Shown here in pieces: positions 29,501 through 40,492 of a stretch of 64,000 bases of DNA (positions are counted from its first letter, which is position 1; every line of letters starts with the position of its first letter). This DNA comes from a virus (taxonomy: Duplodnaviria > Caudoviricetes). Position numbers and translations under genes: made by a program. The stretch spans positions 32,001-96,000 of IMG/VR virus record IMGVR_UViG_3300021431_000005; one strand, given 5' to 3'. The notes beneath the pieces are model-generated. The model searched no databases. It was not told the origin of the DNA and saw only the letters and a list, made by a program, of their open reading frames with translations.

Positions 29501-31288
29501 GAACACCTCGTTCACAGACTGTTCGTTGTCAACAGATTCAACTTGTATAGGCGAGTCAAACTTAGAAATCAGATTGTTGATAGCTTCTATTATTGTGTTA
29601 AGAAGATTGTTTACTTCGGGGGTCGTAGTATCATTCTGCTCTGTGTTTTCTTTTGTCTCAATAGCTTCGCTGATAAAGTCGTTTGTCCATTCGAGCCTGT
29701 TTTGTATATCCACGATACGCTCTGTTAACGATTCTTCATAAATGGGTTCTACACTTTCATCATTGTGCATTAACTGAGACTTTAAAAGACTATCTTCTGC
29801 AAAATCAACATTGATAGTTTGATTAAGTTTTTCGTAAATCGAATTAAGTTTTGTGCCAATAGAAGCAAGATTATTTATAATGTCAGGATCCACTGGTGTC
29901 TCAGGGGGAGGAGGTGAAGTTGTTGTGTCAGGATTTGATTCTTTTGGTTTATTGTTTTGCTTAATTTCGATATGTTTTGACAAAACATCACTCTCGACGC
30001 TCTCTATCTTTTTGAGTCCGTCAGCAATCATCTTTATAGATTTTGCGATTGTATCAAGTTTATTTGGAACTACAAAATCAATGTTGATTTCATGAGTCTT
30101 ATTGTCTATTTCATTGAGTATATCAGACAAAACTTTTAGTCCATTATCTTGTATATCAACTTTAATCTTAACGTCCTTGGATTCTACATTTGACAACTGT
30201 CCAATTGTTTGATCCAATTTGCCGACTTCTTTATTTACGTTCCCAACATTGCTTTCCAATGCTCTGATTGTATTATTGGTTGCATGAATATATTCTTGTA
30301 AAACAGAAACAGTTTGGCTCATTGGCGAAAGCGTAGTTTCGTTTACCGAATCAAAAGTATCCTTAAATATTTTTACAACCTGTATCATTCGTTTTATAAC
30401 ATCTTCAAGATTTTGAAAAGGAGAAGCCATTCCTTTTCCCGCATTTTCAATCGCATCAGTTGTTTTAGTTAGTTGTTTTATTTCTTTTGGTACAGGGAGT
30501 ATATCGCTTGCTTTTATTGTGTCTTGGGTTAGTTTAAAATTATTATTCCATGCCCTTCCAAAGCTTGATGCTGAAACCCCTATTTCAGTATACAGGGCTT
30601 TAAAGTCATCTTTATATTGTTTAGTTTCATCCGAAAAAGATTCGAGAGTTTTAATACTACCCTTAATATTTGAATTGAAGTCTAAACTGGGATCAATTTT
30701 TAATAGTGTTTGAAGTTTATTTAATACACCATAGGCTTTATTTGCAGTATCAGACAGCATTCCAATTTCATCAACCATCGCTTCGTATGCTTCCTTTGTT
30801 GTCTTGCTGTCTTTTCTGCCGGATTGCATGGCGCGTTGTAGATTACCGAAACTTTCTACCGCCTCTGGATCGCCAAGAGTTTCGTACATATTGGTTATTT
30901 CACTATTTAAATTAAGAAACTCGCTTTTTAAATTATCAAATGTTTTTTGAAGCGTTGCCTGATCCGTCATAATATCAGGTCTAATTTTCGAGAGAGTCCT
31001 AAGTCCTTCGAGAACTTCTTTGCGAAGTCCCTCGGAATCAAACTTGACTTTAAAAGTCTTGTTTATTATTTCGCTTCTGCCACCCATATTGAGTATGCGT
31101 CCAATAGCTTCGTTTACTTTGTTTAATTTTGAAGCTTCAACTGGACTATCGTTTTCTTTGATTATATAATTTGCCGTAATATTTACGCCTTTGGACTCAA
31201 GCTTTTGTATCTTTTTTTCTAAATCATCCAGTTCTCCGTTGTTGACTTTTGTATCAAACACTATATCAAAATTGCTATTTTCATCCAT
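26504..31288 (-). CDS. Tape measure protein, exon 1
   Basis: ATG 31288 with GAGGTG RBS; TP901-type core VDTAMTNLRKVT...VDKFNYTGNNFAIT...GTALKSISARIRG...FKSTYQILKEIS. Confidence 0.9.
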
Positions 31289-31298
31289 TTGTCTCACC

Positions 31299-31799
31299 TC
31301 ACTTCAATGTTTTCTTTATTGATTTTGCTACGGCTTCTTTTAATTTATGATCGGAGTGCAATTCGTTATATACCTTTTCGGTCAACCCCATACGCGCCCT
31401 TCTCCAAGAATAATGGTTTATCTGAGGTATTGTAGGAATCATACCAATACGTCCTTTATCCATCCATTCATATAAAAGCCCTTTTTTATTTTCTGATATA
31501 ATAGGCGTACCAATTAGACTCTCGTTAGGTTCGGCTATGTTTCCTGCAATTATTTTATTACCATCAAAGTTAACTTCGGTATTTTCTCTATCTATCAATC
31601 CGTCATTGTCACCACGTCTTTCATACATAGTTGGAGAATAACTGTCGTATACATTTTCTTTGATTATATTATACATTGCATCCTTTATAATTTCTGTTGC
31701 TTTGTTACGAAATTCCGAATCCCGAGACAGCTTTTGTGTTGCATCATCTACTGTTTCTTGAAGTATTTTACGAACTTCTTTTGCAGAAAACTTAGCCAT
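31299..31799 (-). CDS. Tail completion/neck protein (putative)
   Basis: VYDSYSPTMYERRG motif; upstream of TMP. Confidence 0.55.
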   Translation of the reverse strand: MAKFSAKEVRKILQETVDDATQKLSRDSEFRNKATEIIKDAMYNIIKENVYDSYSPTMYERRGDNDGLIDRENTEVNFDGNKIIAGNIAEPNESLIGTPIISENKKGLLYEWMDKGRIGMIPTIPQINHYSWRRARMGLTEKVYNELHSDHKLKEAVAKSIKKTLK

Positions 31800-31806
31800 T
31801 TATAAA

Positions 31807-32301
31807 TCACTCCTTTGTATCTTCGTTTTCTTCAAGCGCTTCTATGGGTATCTTGTTGAGCATTTCGATAAATGCTTCATTGGAGAAAAGCGTATAGAGC
31901 GTGTCGATTACCTGTGTATTTATATCCTTTATACCCTTGCGCACCTTATAAAGTTCATCGTCAATATACTCATTGATAGTTGCACAAAGTTCATTATAGT
32001 CGTAATCAAGTTTCGGGACTACCTCATTATTAAATCTGTCCATAAAATCCCTGCTCATAATAACACCGAAGACATCTTCAAGGTCGTAATCTGTGCCAAG
32101 GTCGATACCAAAAATATGTCTGAGGATTGTCAATCTAATTCCAAACCTTCTGAACAGCGGTCGGAAGTTGCCATTTTCTGTATTAAAAAGTATCAATGCA
32201 GCACCCTTAGAAATCTCAACAAGATCTTTTACTGACAGTGTTGTGTTTATTTCAAATTCGCTAAAGCGATTCTTATTATCAATAAATTCTTTGATTGTCA
32301 T
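31807..32301 (-). CDS. Putative tail assembly chaperone
   Basis: Position between tail tube and TMP. Confidence 0.45.
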   Translation of the reverse strand: MTIKEFIDNKNRFSEFEINTTLSVKDLVEISKGAALILFNTENGNFRPLFRRFGIRLTILRHIFGIDLGTDYDLEDVFGVIMSRDFMDRFNNEVVPKLDYDYNELCATINEYIDDELYKVRKGIKDINTQVIDTLYTLFSNEAFIEMLNKIPIEALEENEDTKE

Positions 32302-32374
32302 AATAAATTCCTCTCTTTCAAAAACAGTAAAATATAGGTAGTGTCAATATCGTTATCATTAACCTACCTTTCAT

Positions 32375-32767
32375 TCAATCAGCTTTTCTTTTACGCTTAC
32401 GTTTGTTTCTATTATCAATCTCTTCATTGATTTCTTCGATGGCATCGGCAATGCTTTCGCCATTCGCAATATAATCTTTTATATCTTCTTTTGTTTCCGC
32501 TGCTACTTCGTCAACGGTTTTGTTGTAAAGTTCTTTAACTTCTTCTTCCGACTTATCGGTTCTTTCAGGTAAAGTGTTTATGCTTTTATTCTTCGCTCTC
32601 GCATCAAGTACCTCTCGAACATAGAGTTCATAATGTTCTGTACAGCAGGCAACTGCTCGCCATGAATTTGTTCTATCGCAATAATCACAGGCATAATAAT
32701 GTTTTCTGCCGCCGTCCTCGCCCAGTGTGCATCCACTATATTTACAAACATGATTTGTTTTCTTCAT
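32375..32767 (-). CDS. Hypothetical Cys-rich protein
   Basis: CKYSGC...CDYC...CCTEH zinc-finger-like N-terminus; basic tail. Confidence 0.6.
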   Translation of the reverse strand: MKKTNHVCKYSGCTLGEDGGRKHYYACDYCDRTNSWRAVACCTEHYELYVREVLDARAKNKSINTLPERTDKSEEEVKELYNKTVDEVAAETKEDIKDYIANGESIADAIEEINEEIDNRNKRKRKRKAD

Positions 32768-32796
32768 CGGAATCTCCCTCCTTTATATATAAATAA

Positions 32797-32834
32797 TAGG
32801 TGTCCCGAGTTTATTCAGGACACCTATATTTTTA
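32797..32834 (-). terminator. Terminator after major tail gene
   Basis: ATAGGTGTCC/GGACACCTAT stem. Confidence 0.6.
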
Positions 32835-33686
32835 TTAGTCGTCAAGAGCCTCGTATTCGGTCTTGGTCTTAATTACCTCGTCCTCATCGTAGATTACCAT
32901 ATCCCACAGAAGAGTGGAAGCGCCCTTTGCACAACCACCGGACAGAGCCTCGATTTCAATATTATGAGTCGAGAAATCAGAGCCGAAGTTCAGGCTGAAT
33001 GTACCAGACATCTTAGCCTTGTAGTATGTAATCTTAGCGTGGTAGCTCTTATCGTTACAAATATCCTTGACAAAAATATCAAAGATTGCCTTACCGGTCT
33101 CAGAGAACTTGTTGTTTTCATTCACGATTCTCTTACCAATCTTCGCCTTAGTGTCATAGAATGCAACGATTTCGTCATTCGCAGCGAACACGCCAGTAGG
33201 CAGAGTAATAGTCTTGGTTTCGGGATCATATGCGAAAGCAGCCTCCGAAGCCGCCGCAGCAATAGGATACTTGTCACCAAGAGAACCATCGGGATTCTTC
33301 TTGTAAATATAAGCAATCTCAGCACCAGTTGCGCCGACAGCGTAGAACTCGGTGACTGCGGTAGTGCCGTTAGTAGTAGTCATAATATCCATGTAGTTAT
33401 TAACGGTCTGAACACCCTTCTCGACCTCAGAACCCACCTGAACCGCAAGCGCACCGTCAACGATAGTACCGTTGGTTGCAGTAAAAGTCGAAGTCTTGTT
33501 TCTATCGGTAGCACCGATACGAGTACCATTCTTGCCCTCTGCATAGATAGTTTCCGAATCGACACTCATTTCTGCTTCCTGAAGATCGTCAAAGATAAAC
33601 TTGCAGACGTTATTTGCAAGGTCGAACCATGTGATAGTTTCAATACCCTGAACAAGATACTTATCCGAAATAATCATAAGTTTCAT
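32835..33686 (-). CDS. Major tail tube protein
   Basis: High-expression codon bias, beta-rich, position after neck genes. Confidence 0.7.
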   Translation of the reverse strand: MKLMIISDKYLVQGIETITWFDLANNVCKFIFDDLQEAEMSVDSETIYAEGKNGTRIGATDRNKTSTFTATNGTIVDGALAVQVGSEVEKGVQTVNNYMDIMTTTNGTTAVTEFYAVGATGAEIAYIYKKNPDGSLGDKYPIAAAASEAAFAYDPETKTITLPTGVFAANDEIVAFYDTKAKIGKRIVNENNKFSETGKAIFDIFVKDICNDKSYHAKITYYKAKMSGTFSLNFGSDFSTHNIEIEALSGGCAKGASTLLWDMVIYDEDEVIKTKTEYEALDD

Positions 33687-34453
33687 CTCTCCTTTTCTTT
33701 ATTGTTTTGTTTTGCTATTGAACCATACCATTCAAGAGAAGAGCTGTCAATGTCTTTTGAACTAACAACTCCGCCGTAAATGGCATGATTTATATTCTTA
33801 CAAGCATCACGCTTTAAGACTCTATAAAAGCTATCATACATTTGACTTATATGACAGTCTTTAATATTATCGTAACCTATTGCAGTATTCTCGGTATTGC
33901 ATAAAGCGGATGCAATGTTGGCAATATTTTGTTTGAGTGGTTTCTTTGCATTAAACTCTTGTTTCTTTTTCATTCTTTTGATAAGGTATTTTTTTACTGA
34001 TTCAGAACCCGGTTTAATTTCGTTTACTATTTCGCTGTCGATATAATGAATAAACCGCACGAAGTCAACTATCTGATAATAGATGTTTTTGTCGATGATA
34101 CACTTTCCGTCGAATAAAACCACTTCGTCGTTTTGAGGATTTATTGTTACCTCAAACTTCCGAAAGTCGATAGAGGGAAAAAGTATCTCCGTCATTTTTG
34201 GCACCATTTCCGGACTCTTCATGTTTCTAATAAACAAGTCGTAGTCTGTCACTGTTTCATAATCAATACCCTGTTCCCATAAATTAACCATGTCGTCATA
34301 TGGACGCATAACAACGCTGTTTATCAGAGCCATATAATTAAACTCGCCAAAGGCTGCGATCTCACCTATCGTTGGGTTGTGTATTCTTAGCTTGTCATTG
34401 ATTATATAGTCCTCGCCAAACACCAAATATTTGAGTTCGTCTAGCTGCCGCAA
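33683..34453 (-). CDS. Virion morphogenesis protein (SPbeta-type neck/tail cluster)
   Basis: IHNPTIGEI motif; synteny. Confidence 0.55.
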   Translation of the reverse strand: MRQLDELKYLVFGEDYIINDKLRIHNPTIGEIAAFGEFNYMALINSVVMRPYDDMVNLWEQGIDYETVTDYDLFIRNMKSPEMVPKMTEILFPSIDFRKFEVTINPQNDEVVLFDGKCIIDKNIYYQIVDFVRFIHYIDSEIVNEIKPGSESVKKYLIKRMKKKQEFNAKKPLKQNIANIASALCNTENTAIGYDNIKDCHISQMYDSFYRVLKRDACKNINHAIYGGVVSSKDIDSSSLEWYGSIAKQNNKEKER

Positions 34454-34938
34454 GCGTCTACATCCTCCGCTTCAAATCTAAGAATTCTACACCTATGATT
34501 GCTACCACAACCATCTTCTTCGTTCGATATAAGTTCAATCGGTTTCTTTCCGAGTCCAGTATAACCGTTAAAAAGTTGTTCTACTTCTTCTGCAAGTAGA
34601 TCAATTCTGGTTGCACCCTCATCAGTTTTCATTTCGCCCTGATGCGAGATAACATAAAATTCAACAACCAACCTTTGAAATAGCGTACTTCCCGAATAGA
34701 CCTTTGGAACATATATCCTATAACAGATATAATTAAGCTGTTCGTCCGGAGCCTCGGGGACCCTGATAAAGGGGTAAAGATTTGTGTACATCATATCCTC
34801 TGCGCTCTTTAACTCATCGTTGTTGACGAGTTCAAATATTCTTTCGTCATTGATTAGCATAGATGCGATTTGTCTTTTAAACTTTATAATCGTCTTGCTA
34901 CTATTAGAACGTTTGGATTTATAATAACTCGTAGCCAT
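34441..34938 (-). CDS. Putative tail terminator
   Basis: FYVISHQ...RIDLLAEEVEQLFNG; synteny. Confidence 0.55.
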   Translation of the reverse strand: MATSYYKSKRSNSSKTIIKFKRQIASMLINDERIFELVNNDELKSAEDMMYTNLYPFIRVPEAPDEQLNYICYRIYVPKVYSGSTLFQRLVVEFYVISHQGEMKTDEGATRIDLLAEEVEQLFNGYTGLGKKPIELISNEEDGCGSNHRCRILRFEAEDVDACGS

Positions 34939-35945
34939 TATAGTACATACACCACCTTTGCATAGAGTATACAATCGGAAACCGCCCCGACCGCAGATAA
35001 TGCAATCCTTACCTGAGACTGTATTATCGAGGGTTCATTCTGAGCCTTTATCCGCAGTGTGTCACCAACACATTCGTATTCGTAATACTTTTCAGTATCG
35101 GGCATAAACGTTATATCCCAGTTTGGAGTAACGCCTGTCATCACATTACCGTCGGCATCATAGAATACAGCAGTATAAGTTTTATAGCTGCCGCCTGCCT
35201 TGATATGCGGATCCTTTCCATCGTATTTGATTTCACAGTTAAGTCCCTTTATTATCTCTTTGGGTTCTTCATAGTCTGCTATTTGTAAATCAAGATTGTC
35301 ATGGTCTTGACTGCGCTCGTCCTGAGAAAGCACGAGCATGACAACACCGTGTATCAATTCGGGATCGTAAACAGAACTGATTACATTGCGATTTGTCACC
35401 ACATATGTATCGGGGTCTTCTAAATCAACATCCATAATAAATCTCTGATACCTTCTGATTTTCATAGTATCCTCGTCAAGAGGCAAATACAAAGTGTATA
35501 CAGTTTTTACCTTATCAATAATGCTATTGTAATTCAAGCCTTGGGTATACGAAGCCTTTTCGTCGGTAGCGCACCATCTTTCAATAATATCTCCATCGGC
35601 GTTTTGCCACCTCAGTAAACGGTTACACTCTCTGATAGTGCCTCGATAATATATTTCATTCTCAGAGTCCATATCGCTGACAAGCCAATAACGGTCTTGC
35701 CAATAAACATAGTCACCAGCGAAGAACTGCTCGTTCGGCATCGAGGTCATAGTTTTAACATGAAGCGTAGCTCCAGATAGAATCATGACTTCTCTTTCTT
35801 CGTCATTGATTACAACAGTCTTTTTAGATAGTGAACCCTCGCTATCGGAAATATAATCTCTTTTAGCGTGATTCTTTGTCCTATCCCTCATGGTTTTACC
35901 TTCTGCTGTAATCAAACTATCGTACAGTTCCCAACTTCTTCTCAT
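34938..35945 (-). CDS. Putative head-closure/neck protein
   Basis: GDYVYW...WLV...ECNRLLRWQN..G; synteny. Confidence 0.55.
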   Translation of the reverse strand: MRRSWELYDSLITAEGKTMRDRTKNHAKRDYISDSEGSLSKKTVVINDEEREVMILSGATLHVKTMTSMPNEQFFAGDYVYWQDRYWLVSDMDSENEIYYRGTIRECNRLLRWQNADGDIIERWCATDEKASYTQGLNYNSIIDKVKTVYTLYLPLDEDTMKIRRYQRFIMDVDLEDPDTYVVTNRNVISSVYDPELIHGVVMLVLSQDERSQDHDNLDLQIADYEEPKEIIKGLNCEIKYDGKDPHIKAGGSYKTYTAVFYDADGNVMTGVTPNWDITFMPDTEKYYEYECVGDTLRIKAQNEPSIIQSQVRIALSAVGAVSDCILYAKVVYVL

Positions 35946-35948
35946 GAC

Positions 35949-36272
35949 TTATCCGCCCGAGACAACGATCTCACACAACTGATTCGTGAGCGTTATACAT
36001 TTAAAAATCGCACGACGATATTCTGCGTGTGACATATCTTCGTTTTTAATGGACTGTAAAATAGAAACAATATCAATAACCCGAGAATCATCGTTTGACA
36101 GAAAGAATACATCATCGTTCCCGACAAGTTCGTATATCAAGTCTTGAATATAAACTTCTACCGTGTCTGCGTTTTCCTCTTTCAGCGGAATTATCTTAAA
36201 TAGTTTATCAACTAACTTTTTATAATAATTCTCACAGGTCTTATCGGGAATCCACCCATACTGACTATTCAT
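35949..36272 (-). CDS. Hypothetical virion morphogenesis protein
   Basis: LFKIIPLKEE...YRRAIFKCI; coupled ORF. Confidence 0.6.
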   Translation of the reverse strand: MNSQYGWIPDKTCENYYKKLVDKLFKIIPLKEENADTVEVYIQDLIYELVGNDDVFFLSNDDSRVIDIVSILQSIKNEDMSHAEYRRAIFKCITLTNQLCEIVVSGG

Positions 36273-36718
36273 GACGAAATCGCATCCTTTAACTTTTCCT
36301 TGTAATCCCTGTTGGAATAAGTATAGTTGACCGCCAAAAGCCGTGAAGCCTTTGTAGTATCGTTGTATACTGTATTGATTTTATCAATGAGATTAGCAGG
36401 GGAGTACTCGTTATAATCTTTGGTAGACAGTCTTTCTCTTAGCAACTCGGAAGAATATAAATAGGGTTTAAGCCATTCGCAAATCATATAGTTACAGATA
36501 ATATCAATCTCTTCATCTGTAAGTTCTGCTACAAACCCATCGTCCTCTTGTGTTCTTTTCTTTAGATTCTGCCTGCAAGTCTTGCCAAACTTTGCACAGG
36601 CAACATTCATTAATGCAATTATCCACTCGTCCCGCTCATCTTCGAGCAGAACAGTTAACTTGTATTCAAATATTTTCTTTGAAAAAATATCAACAATCGT
36701 TGTATAAGAAGTGCCCAT
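36269..36718 (-). CDS. Head-tail adaptor (putative)
   Basis: MGTSY..I...F..KI...LTDEEIDII..YM..EWL...SPANL. Confidence 0.6.
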   Translation of the reverse strand: MGTSYTTIVDIFSKKIFEYKLTVLLEDERDEWIIALMNVACAKFGKTCRQNLKKRTQEDDGFVAELTDEEIDIICNYMICEWLKPYLYSSELLRERLSTKDYNEYSPANLIDKINTVYNDTTKASRLLAVNYTYSNRDYKEKLKDAISS

Positions 36719-36730
36719 ATAAACACCTCA

Positions 36731-37279
36731 TCATTCGTCAACGGTCAGATCAAAAGCCTCACACAGATACTTGATAGTCTTCATGGAGTCAATAGTGCCG
36801 TTGTTTATAAGGTCAGTAGCTTTAATGCCAATATGTTCTCTGACACCCTTTGGAAGCTTAGAGATTGCGAGTTTCATTTCCTCGAAAGGCAGAGTGAGAA
36901 TATTTTCATAATCCTCAAATGAAGGAACACCCTCGTAATACTTTTCTACGCCGAGATATTTAAGAATCTCAGGGTCTTCAATACCAATCCAATTCTCGGT
37001 AAAAAATCTCGGCTGAGAATTTCGCATCGACATAAGCTCTTTAAGTTCAATGTCCTCAACGTCTCCCGGTTCACTCCATATGATCTTGTAACCAAGCTGT
37101 CTGTTGCTAATGTAAATCAGCCTGCCCATAGTAATATTCTTGCATTCAACAAGCATATCATCAGGAAGCTTCTGACGCTTCTTCGGCGCAGAAACTCTTG
37201 TGGGCTTTACTTCCTCAGCCACCGCTTCTGTAATATCTGTCTGTGCTTTAACATTCTTGTTAGAATTTCTTGTTGCCAT
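36731..37279 (-). CDS. Hypothetical protein downstream of capsid gene
   Basis: ORF with RBS, conserved position after MCP. Confidence 0.6.
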   Translation of the reverse strand: MATRNSNKNVKAQTDITEAVAEEVKPTRVSAPKKRQKLPDDMLVECKNITMGRLIYISNRQLGYKIIWSEPGDVEDIELKELMSMRNSQPRFFTENWIGIEDPEILKYLGVEKYYEGVPSFEDYENILTLPFEEMKLAISKLPKGVREHIGIKATDLINNGTIDSMKTIKYLCEAFDLTVDE

Positions 37280-37298
37280 AATTATTTCTCCTTTTATT

Positions 37299-37333
37299 CA
37301 AAAAATGGGGGACGCACTAAAACATCCCCCCAA
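37299..37333 (-). terminator. Terminator after major capsid gene
   Basis: GGGGGATG/CGTCCCCC stem followed by TTTTTT. Confidence 0.65.
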
Positions 37334-37346
37334 TAAAACATATTTT

Positions 37347-38357
37347 TTATGCAATGGAATAAATAGCCATTCTGCCAGTCTGGGCGATACCAACACCATA
37401 TCTGTCAATGTAGGTGTACTCCTGAGACAGATCAGCATTGTCAAGAGGATTGCCAAGATATACAAAGGGTTCGCCCTCGTTGATAACCTTAATGGGTCTG
37501 TCGCCGCCTGCAATTATGTAAACCTTCTTGTCATCAAATGCAAAGTCGGTTGTACCGGGCTTGTAAACCTGTCTGATAAATGCAGTATTGGTGCCATAGA
37601 ACTTACCGTAATAGCCGAGGTTGTAAAGGTCGCTCTTTGCCTCTTCGCCAATTTCCTTAATGTCGAGCTTCGCAAGAGCAGACTTTGTGCCGAAGATAGT
37701 TGCAGGCTTGCCTGTCTCTGCTTCAACACGGTTCACAAGAGTGCGAAGTTCCTCAGCATCGTAAGTGCCAGCGGTGGGGTTATAGATAGAACCAGCTTCA
37801 ACAACCTTACTCAGAGCATTATAGCATTCGCCAAGAATTGCCTGCTTGAACGACTCTGCTACCTTATTAATAAAGTAGTTCAGATCAACCTTGCCCGAAA
37901 GAACTCTATCAAGTTCATCATAAATCTTGATAACCTTGGGCGAAGTCTTAATACGAATGTGTTCACCGTTAATAAACCTCTGTCTGCGAATACCCTGTGT
38001 ACCGCGAGCAACTTCGGAAACAAAGAACAGAGAATCGTCTTCGATATAGAAATCATTTTCATCGCCAAGAGCAGTAGACTTAAATTCAACAAGCTGCATA
38101 AAGAACTCGTCGTTCTGGAATCCCTCGATTACTGTCTTCTGAAGTATAGTCTCCACAAGACTAAACATACCAGTACACTTGCCATCACGAATAGCCTTAA
38201 TATCAATCTTGGTAGAATTGTTATTTGCTTCAACGAGTGCCTTTCTAAGCACCTCCATCGAATCCTTTACGGAATAATTAGCAGCGGGAACGCCCTTATA
38301 TGCGTCAACCGCAAGCTGTACAATATCGTCAAAAGTATATTCAATAGCCATTTTCAT
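37347..38357 (-). CDS. Major capsid protein
   Basis: 336 aa, strong codon bias, follows protease and decoration genes (SPbeta YonB-like position). Confidence 0.8.
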   Translation of the reverse strand: MKMAIEYTFDDIVQLAVDAYKGVPAANYSVKDSMEVLRKALVEANNNSTKIDIKAIRDGKCTGMFSLVETILQKTVIEGFQNDEFFMQLVEFKSTALGDENDFYIEDDSLFFVSEVARGTQGIRRQRFINGEHIRIKTSPKVIKIYDELDRVLSGKVDLNYFINKVAESFKQAILGECYNALSKVVEAGSIYNPTAGTYDAEELRTLVNRVEAETGKPATIFGTKSALAKLDIKEIGEEAKSDLYNLGYYGKFYGTNTAFIRQVYKPGTTDFAFDDKKVYIIAGGDRPIKVINEGEPFVYLGNPLDNADLSQEYTYIDRYGVGIAQTGRMAIYSIA

Positions 38358-38381
38358 TTCTCCTTTCTTTTATTTTTATAA

Positions 38382-38885
38382 TCACTTGGTCTTGATAACA
38401 AAGAAGGTCTTACCCTTAACAATTTCCTTATCAATAATAGTACCGATAGCATTAGTATCGGTTGCCGAGTAAACCCACTTGGGAGTCGTGCCAAGTTTTA
38501 CATAGCCACCCTTTGCGGCTTCGCCCTCGATAGCTTCGGGGGTAATAGAAAATACCGAACCAGTTTCGAGGCGATATACTCTCTGAGGTTCGCCGTCGGC
38601 CTTATTGATAAAATCTTCAAGTCCAGTTATAAGAACCTGACACTCCTTGTCAATTTCAACCGAAGCAACGAGACCGATTGTGTTCTTGTTGTCTGATGCT
38701 GTGGGGGCAGTAGTCTTGTAAACTTCCCTGTCAAGAAGTGTGTCTGTGATATGTACCACCATGCCGTTTTCAATATCGGCAGGGTTATCGTTTTCGTCGT
38801 AGTATCTTGCCGAGACGAGCTTGGAACCGTCATAAGTACCAGTCATAATATCAAGGCGTACTACAGGATGCTTAGTATTTGCCAT
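38382..38885 (-). CDS. Head decoration/stabilisation protein
   Basis: DIENG...REV...F.NKA.....RVYRL..G motif; between protease and MCP. Confidence 0.6.
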   Translation of the reverse strand: MANTKHPVVRLDIMTGTYDGSKLVSARYYDENDNPADIENGMVVHITDTLLDREVYKTTAPTASDNKNTIGLVASVEIDKECQVLITGLEDFINKADGEPQRVYRLETGSVFSITPEAIEGEAAKGGYVKLGTTPKWVYSATDTNAIGTIIDKEIVKGKTFFVIKTK

Positions 38886-38905
38886 AGTTGTTTCCTCCTT
38901 TATTT

Positions 38906-40471
38906 TTAATTCTTTCCAAATGCTTCAAATAAGCCACCATAAGGTTTCCTTTCAACATTGTCGCCATGATAACTGAACGATACTCTGTTTATGACCACAT
39001 CGTTCTTGTCGGCTGCGAATGTCGAATGAATCCTTCCAAGCATTGCATAACACTTTTCCTCGATCTCATCAACAGAGTAATTAGAGTTATCTGTTTTAAG
39101 AGTCGAATACTCTTCACATTCTGCAAGCTTATCATCGAACTTTGCAAACAGACTTTCAAGGGCAGCGTTTCTATTTGCAGTCTCAATGTCGGTCTTGTAG
39201 TTTCTGAGTTCGCCTACTTCTGTTTCAAGTGCGCTATAATTCGCTCTCATATTATCAAGTTCAGTCTTTTCTTCTGCTGTAACGAAGACGCTGTAAACCT
39301 CGACAAAATTGGGGTCGATAGTTACACCGTTTTCATTCTTAGAATACTTCACCTTGTAGAACTTACTTTCCATCCACGACTGTACGATTGCATAATCATC
39401 AAAAGTCTGACAAATCCAATACTCGTCGTCGCTTGTATCAGTGAGCGCACGATAAATTGCTTCGCGCTTATCTTCGTCACTCATTGCAAAAGTAATGCTT
39501 CTGTTTTCAGCCGAATAGTACGAGGTGTTCTGGGCAGGAGCCTCAATAGGCTCATTAACAGAATTACATACAGTTCCCTCGGGTACAGTATCAGAAACAG
39601 TTGTGGGTTCCTGTGGGGTTTCCTGTACAGGTTCGCTCACAGAATTTTCCTCGCCTTTCTTTTTGAGATAATTCTCAACGGCGGTTCTTAGTTCACCCTC
39701 GGTCATATCTTCGGTAATCTTGAAATCAAGTTCGCCCTCGGTTACGCCAAGTTCGTCAAGAATCTTCTTGATAGTATCTGAATCCATGTTTATCTCTCCT
39801 TTCTCATAATTTGAATCTGCAACGCCAATAGCTTTGGAAACCTCGTTACACATTTCCTCAACAGTAACGATTCCGAGATTGTCGCTATTAGAATAGCCCA
39901 CTATTGTCGCCCCAGAGTTTTGCATCGCTGGACGATGTTCGCCACCGAGCAGAGTTATTCCTGTGTACTTAAAATCAGAAATAACATAGCAGTCGTCAAA
40001 ACGACTATAATGATAATCCAGAAATTCTACTTCCATCGACAGTTTTATCCTGTCGCTGTTCTCAATAATATCAATACAGTAATTGGAATAGCCTTTCCAA
40101 ATATATCCATCACAATACACATAATGCAACCCATCTTCTTCAACAACTTCATAATTGTTGGTTTCGGGGATTAGTCCAACAGGTTGCTCTAGATAAATTT
40201 GTCTATTCTTGTCAGAATCAAATTTATCTTCTTCAATTACAATATCGTGTCCGCCGATTTCCAACTCTCCCTCATCGTTTTCTAAAACGTGTGCGAGAAT
40301 TGGCACATTCGCTATTGTAGCTTCTGCACTGTTAAGCGAATCGGTCTTAAACTTCGTATTATGTAAACTACGCGCATCGTGACAAATTTTGAGTCTCAGT
40401 TTTAAAAATTTATCATTGTCAAAATTTTTGTCAACCGAAAAACTCGTAGGAATCTTGTCACGTTCAAACAT
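38906..40471 (-). CDS. Prohead protease with C-terminal scaffold region
   Basis: ICHD...NVPILAH...GGHD...LSMEV...FKYTGITLLG...PAM; acidic coiled-coil C-terminal half; start ATG 40471 with GGAGG. Confidence 0.75.
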   Translation of the reverse strand: MFERDKIPTSFSVDKNFDNDKFLKLRLKICHDARSLHNTKFKTDSLNSAEATIANVPILAHVLENDEGELEIGGHDIVIEEDKFDSDKNRQIYLEQPVGLIPETNNYEVVEEDGLHYVYCDGYIWKGYSNYCIDIIENSDRIKLSMEVEFLDYHYSRFDDCYVISDFKYTGITLLGGEHRPAMQNSGATIVGYSNSDNLGIVTVEEMCNEVSKAIGVADSNYEKGEINMDSDTIKKILDELGVTEGELDFKITEDMTEGELRTAVENYLKKKGEENSVSEPVQETPQEPTTVSDTVPEGTVCNSVNEPIEAPAQNTSYYSAENRSITFAMSDEDKREAIYRALTDTSDDEYWICQTFDDYAIVQSWMESKFYKVKYSKNENGVTIDPNFVEVYSVFVTAEEKTELDNMRANYSALETEVGELRNYKTDIETANRNAALESLFAKFDDKLAECEEYSTLKTDNSNYSVDEIEEKCYAMLGRIHSTFAADKNDVVINRVSFSYHGDNVERKPYGGLFEAFGKN

Positions 40472-40492
40472 AATAAACCTCCCTTCCAAACA

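Noticed and set aside
21561-31297. TMP as a pseudogene, two separate genes, or stop-codon recoding
   Set aside because: Group I core elements and in-frame splice junctions explain the split; other genes use TAA, TAG and TGA as normal stops.
32964-33779. 271-aa antisense ORF over the major tail gene
   Set aside because: Shadow ORF from codon bias of a highly expressed gene; no RBS or recognisable motif.
37200-38381. 393-aa antisense ORF over the capsid gene
   Set aside because: Same shadow-frame effect.
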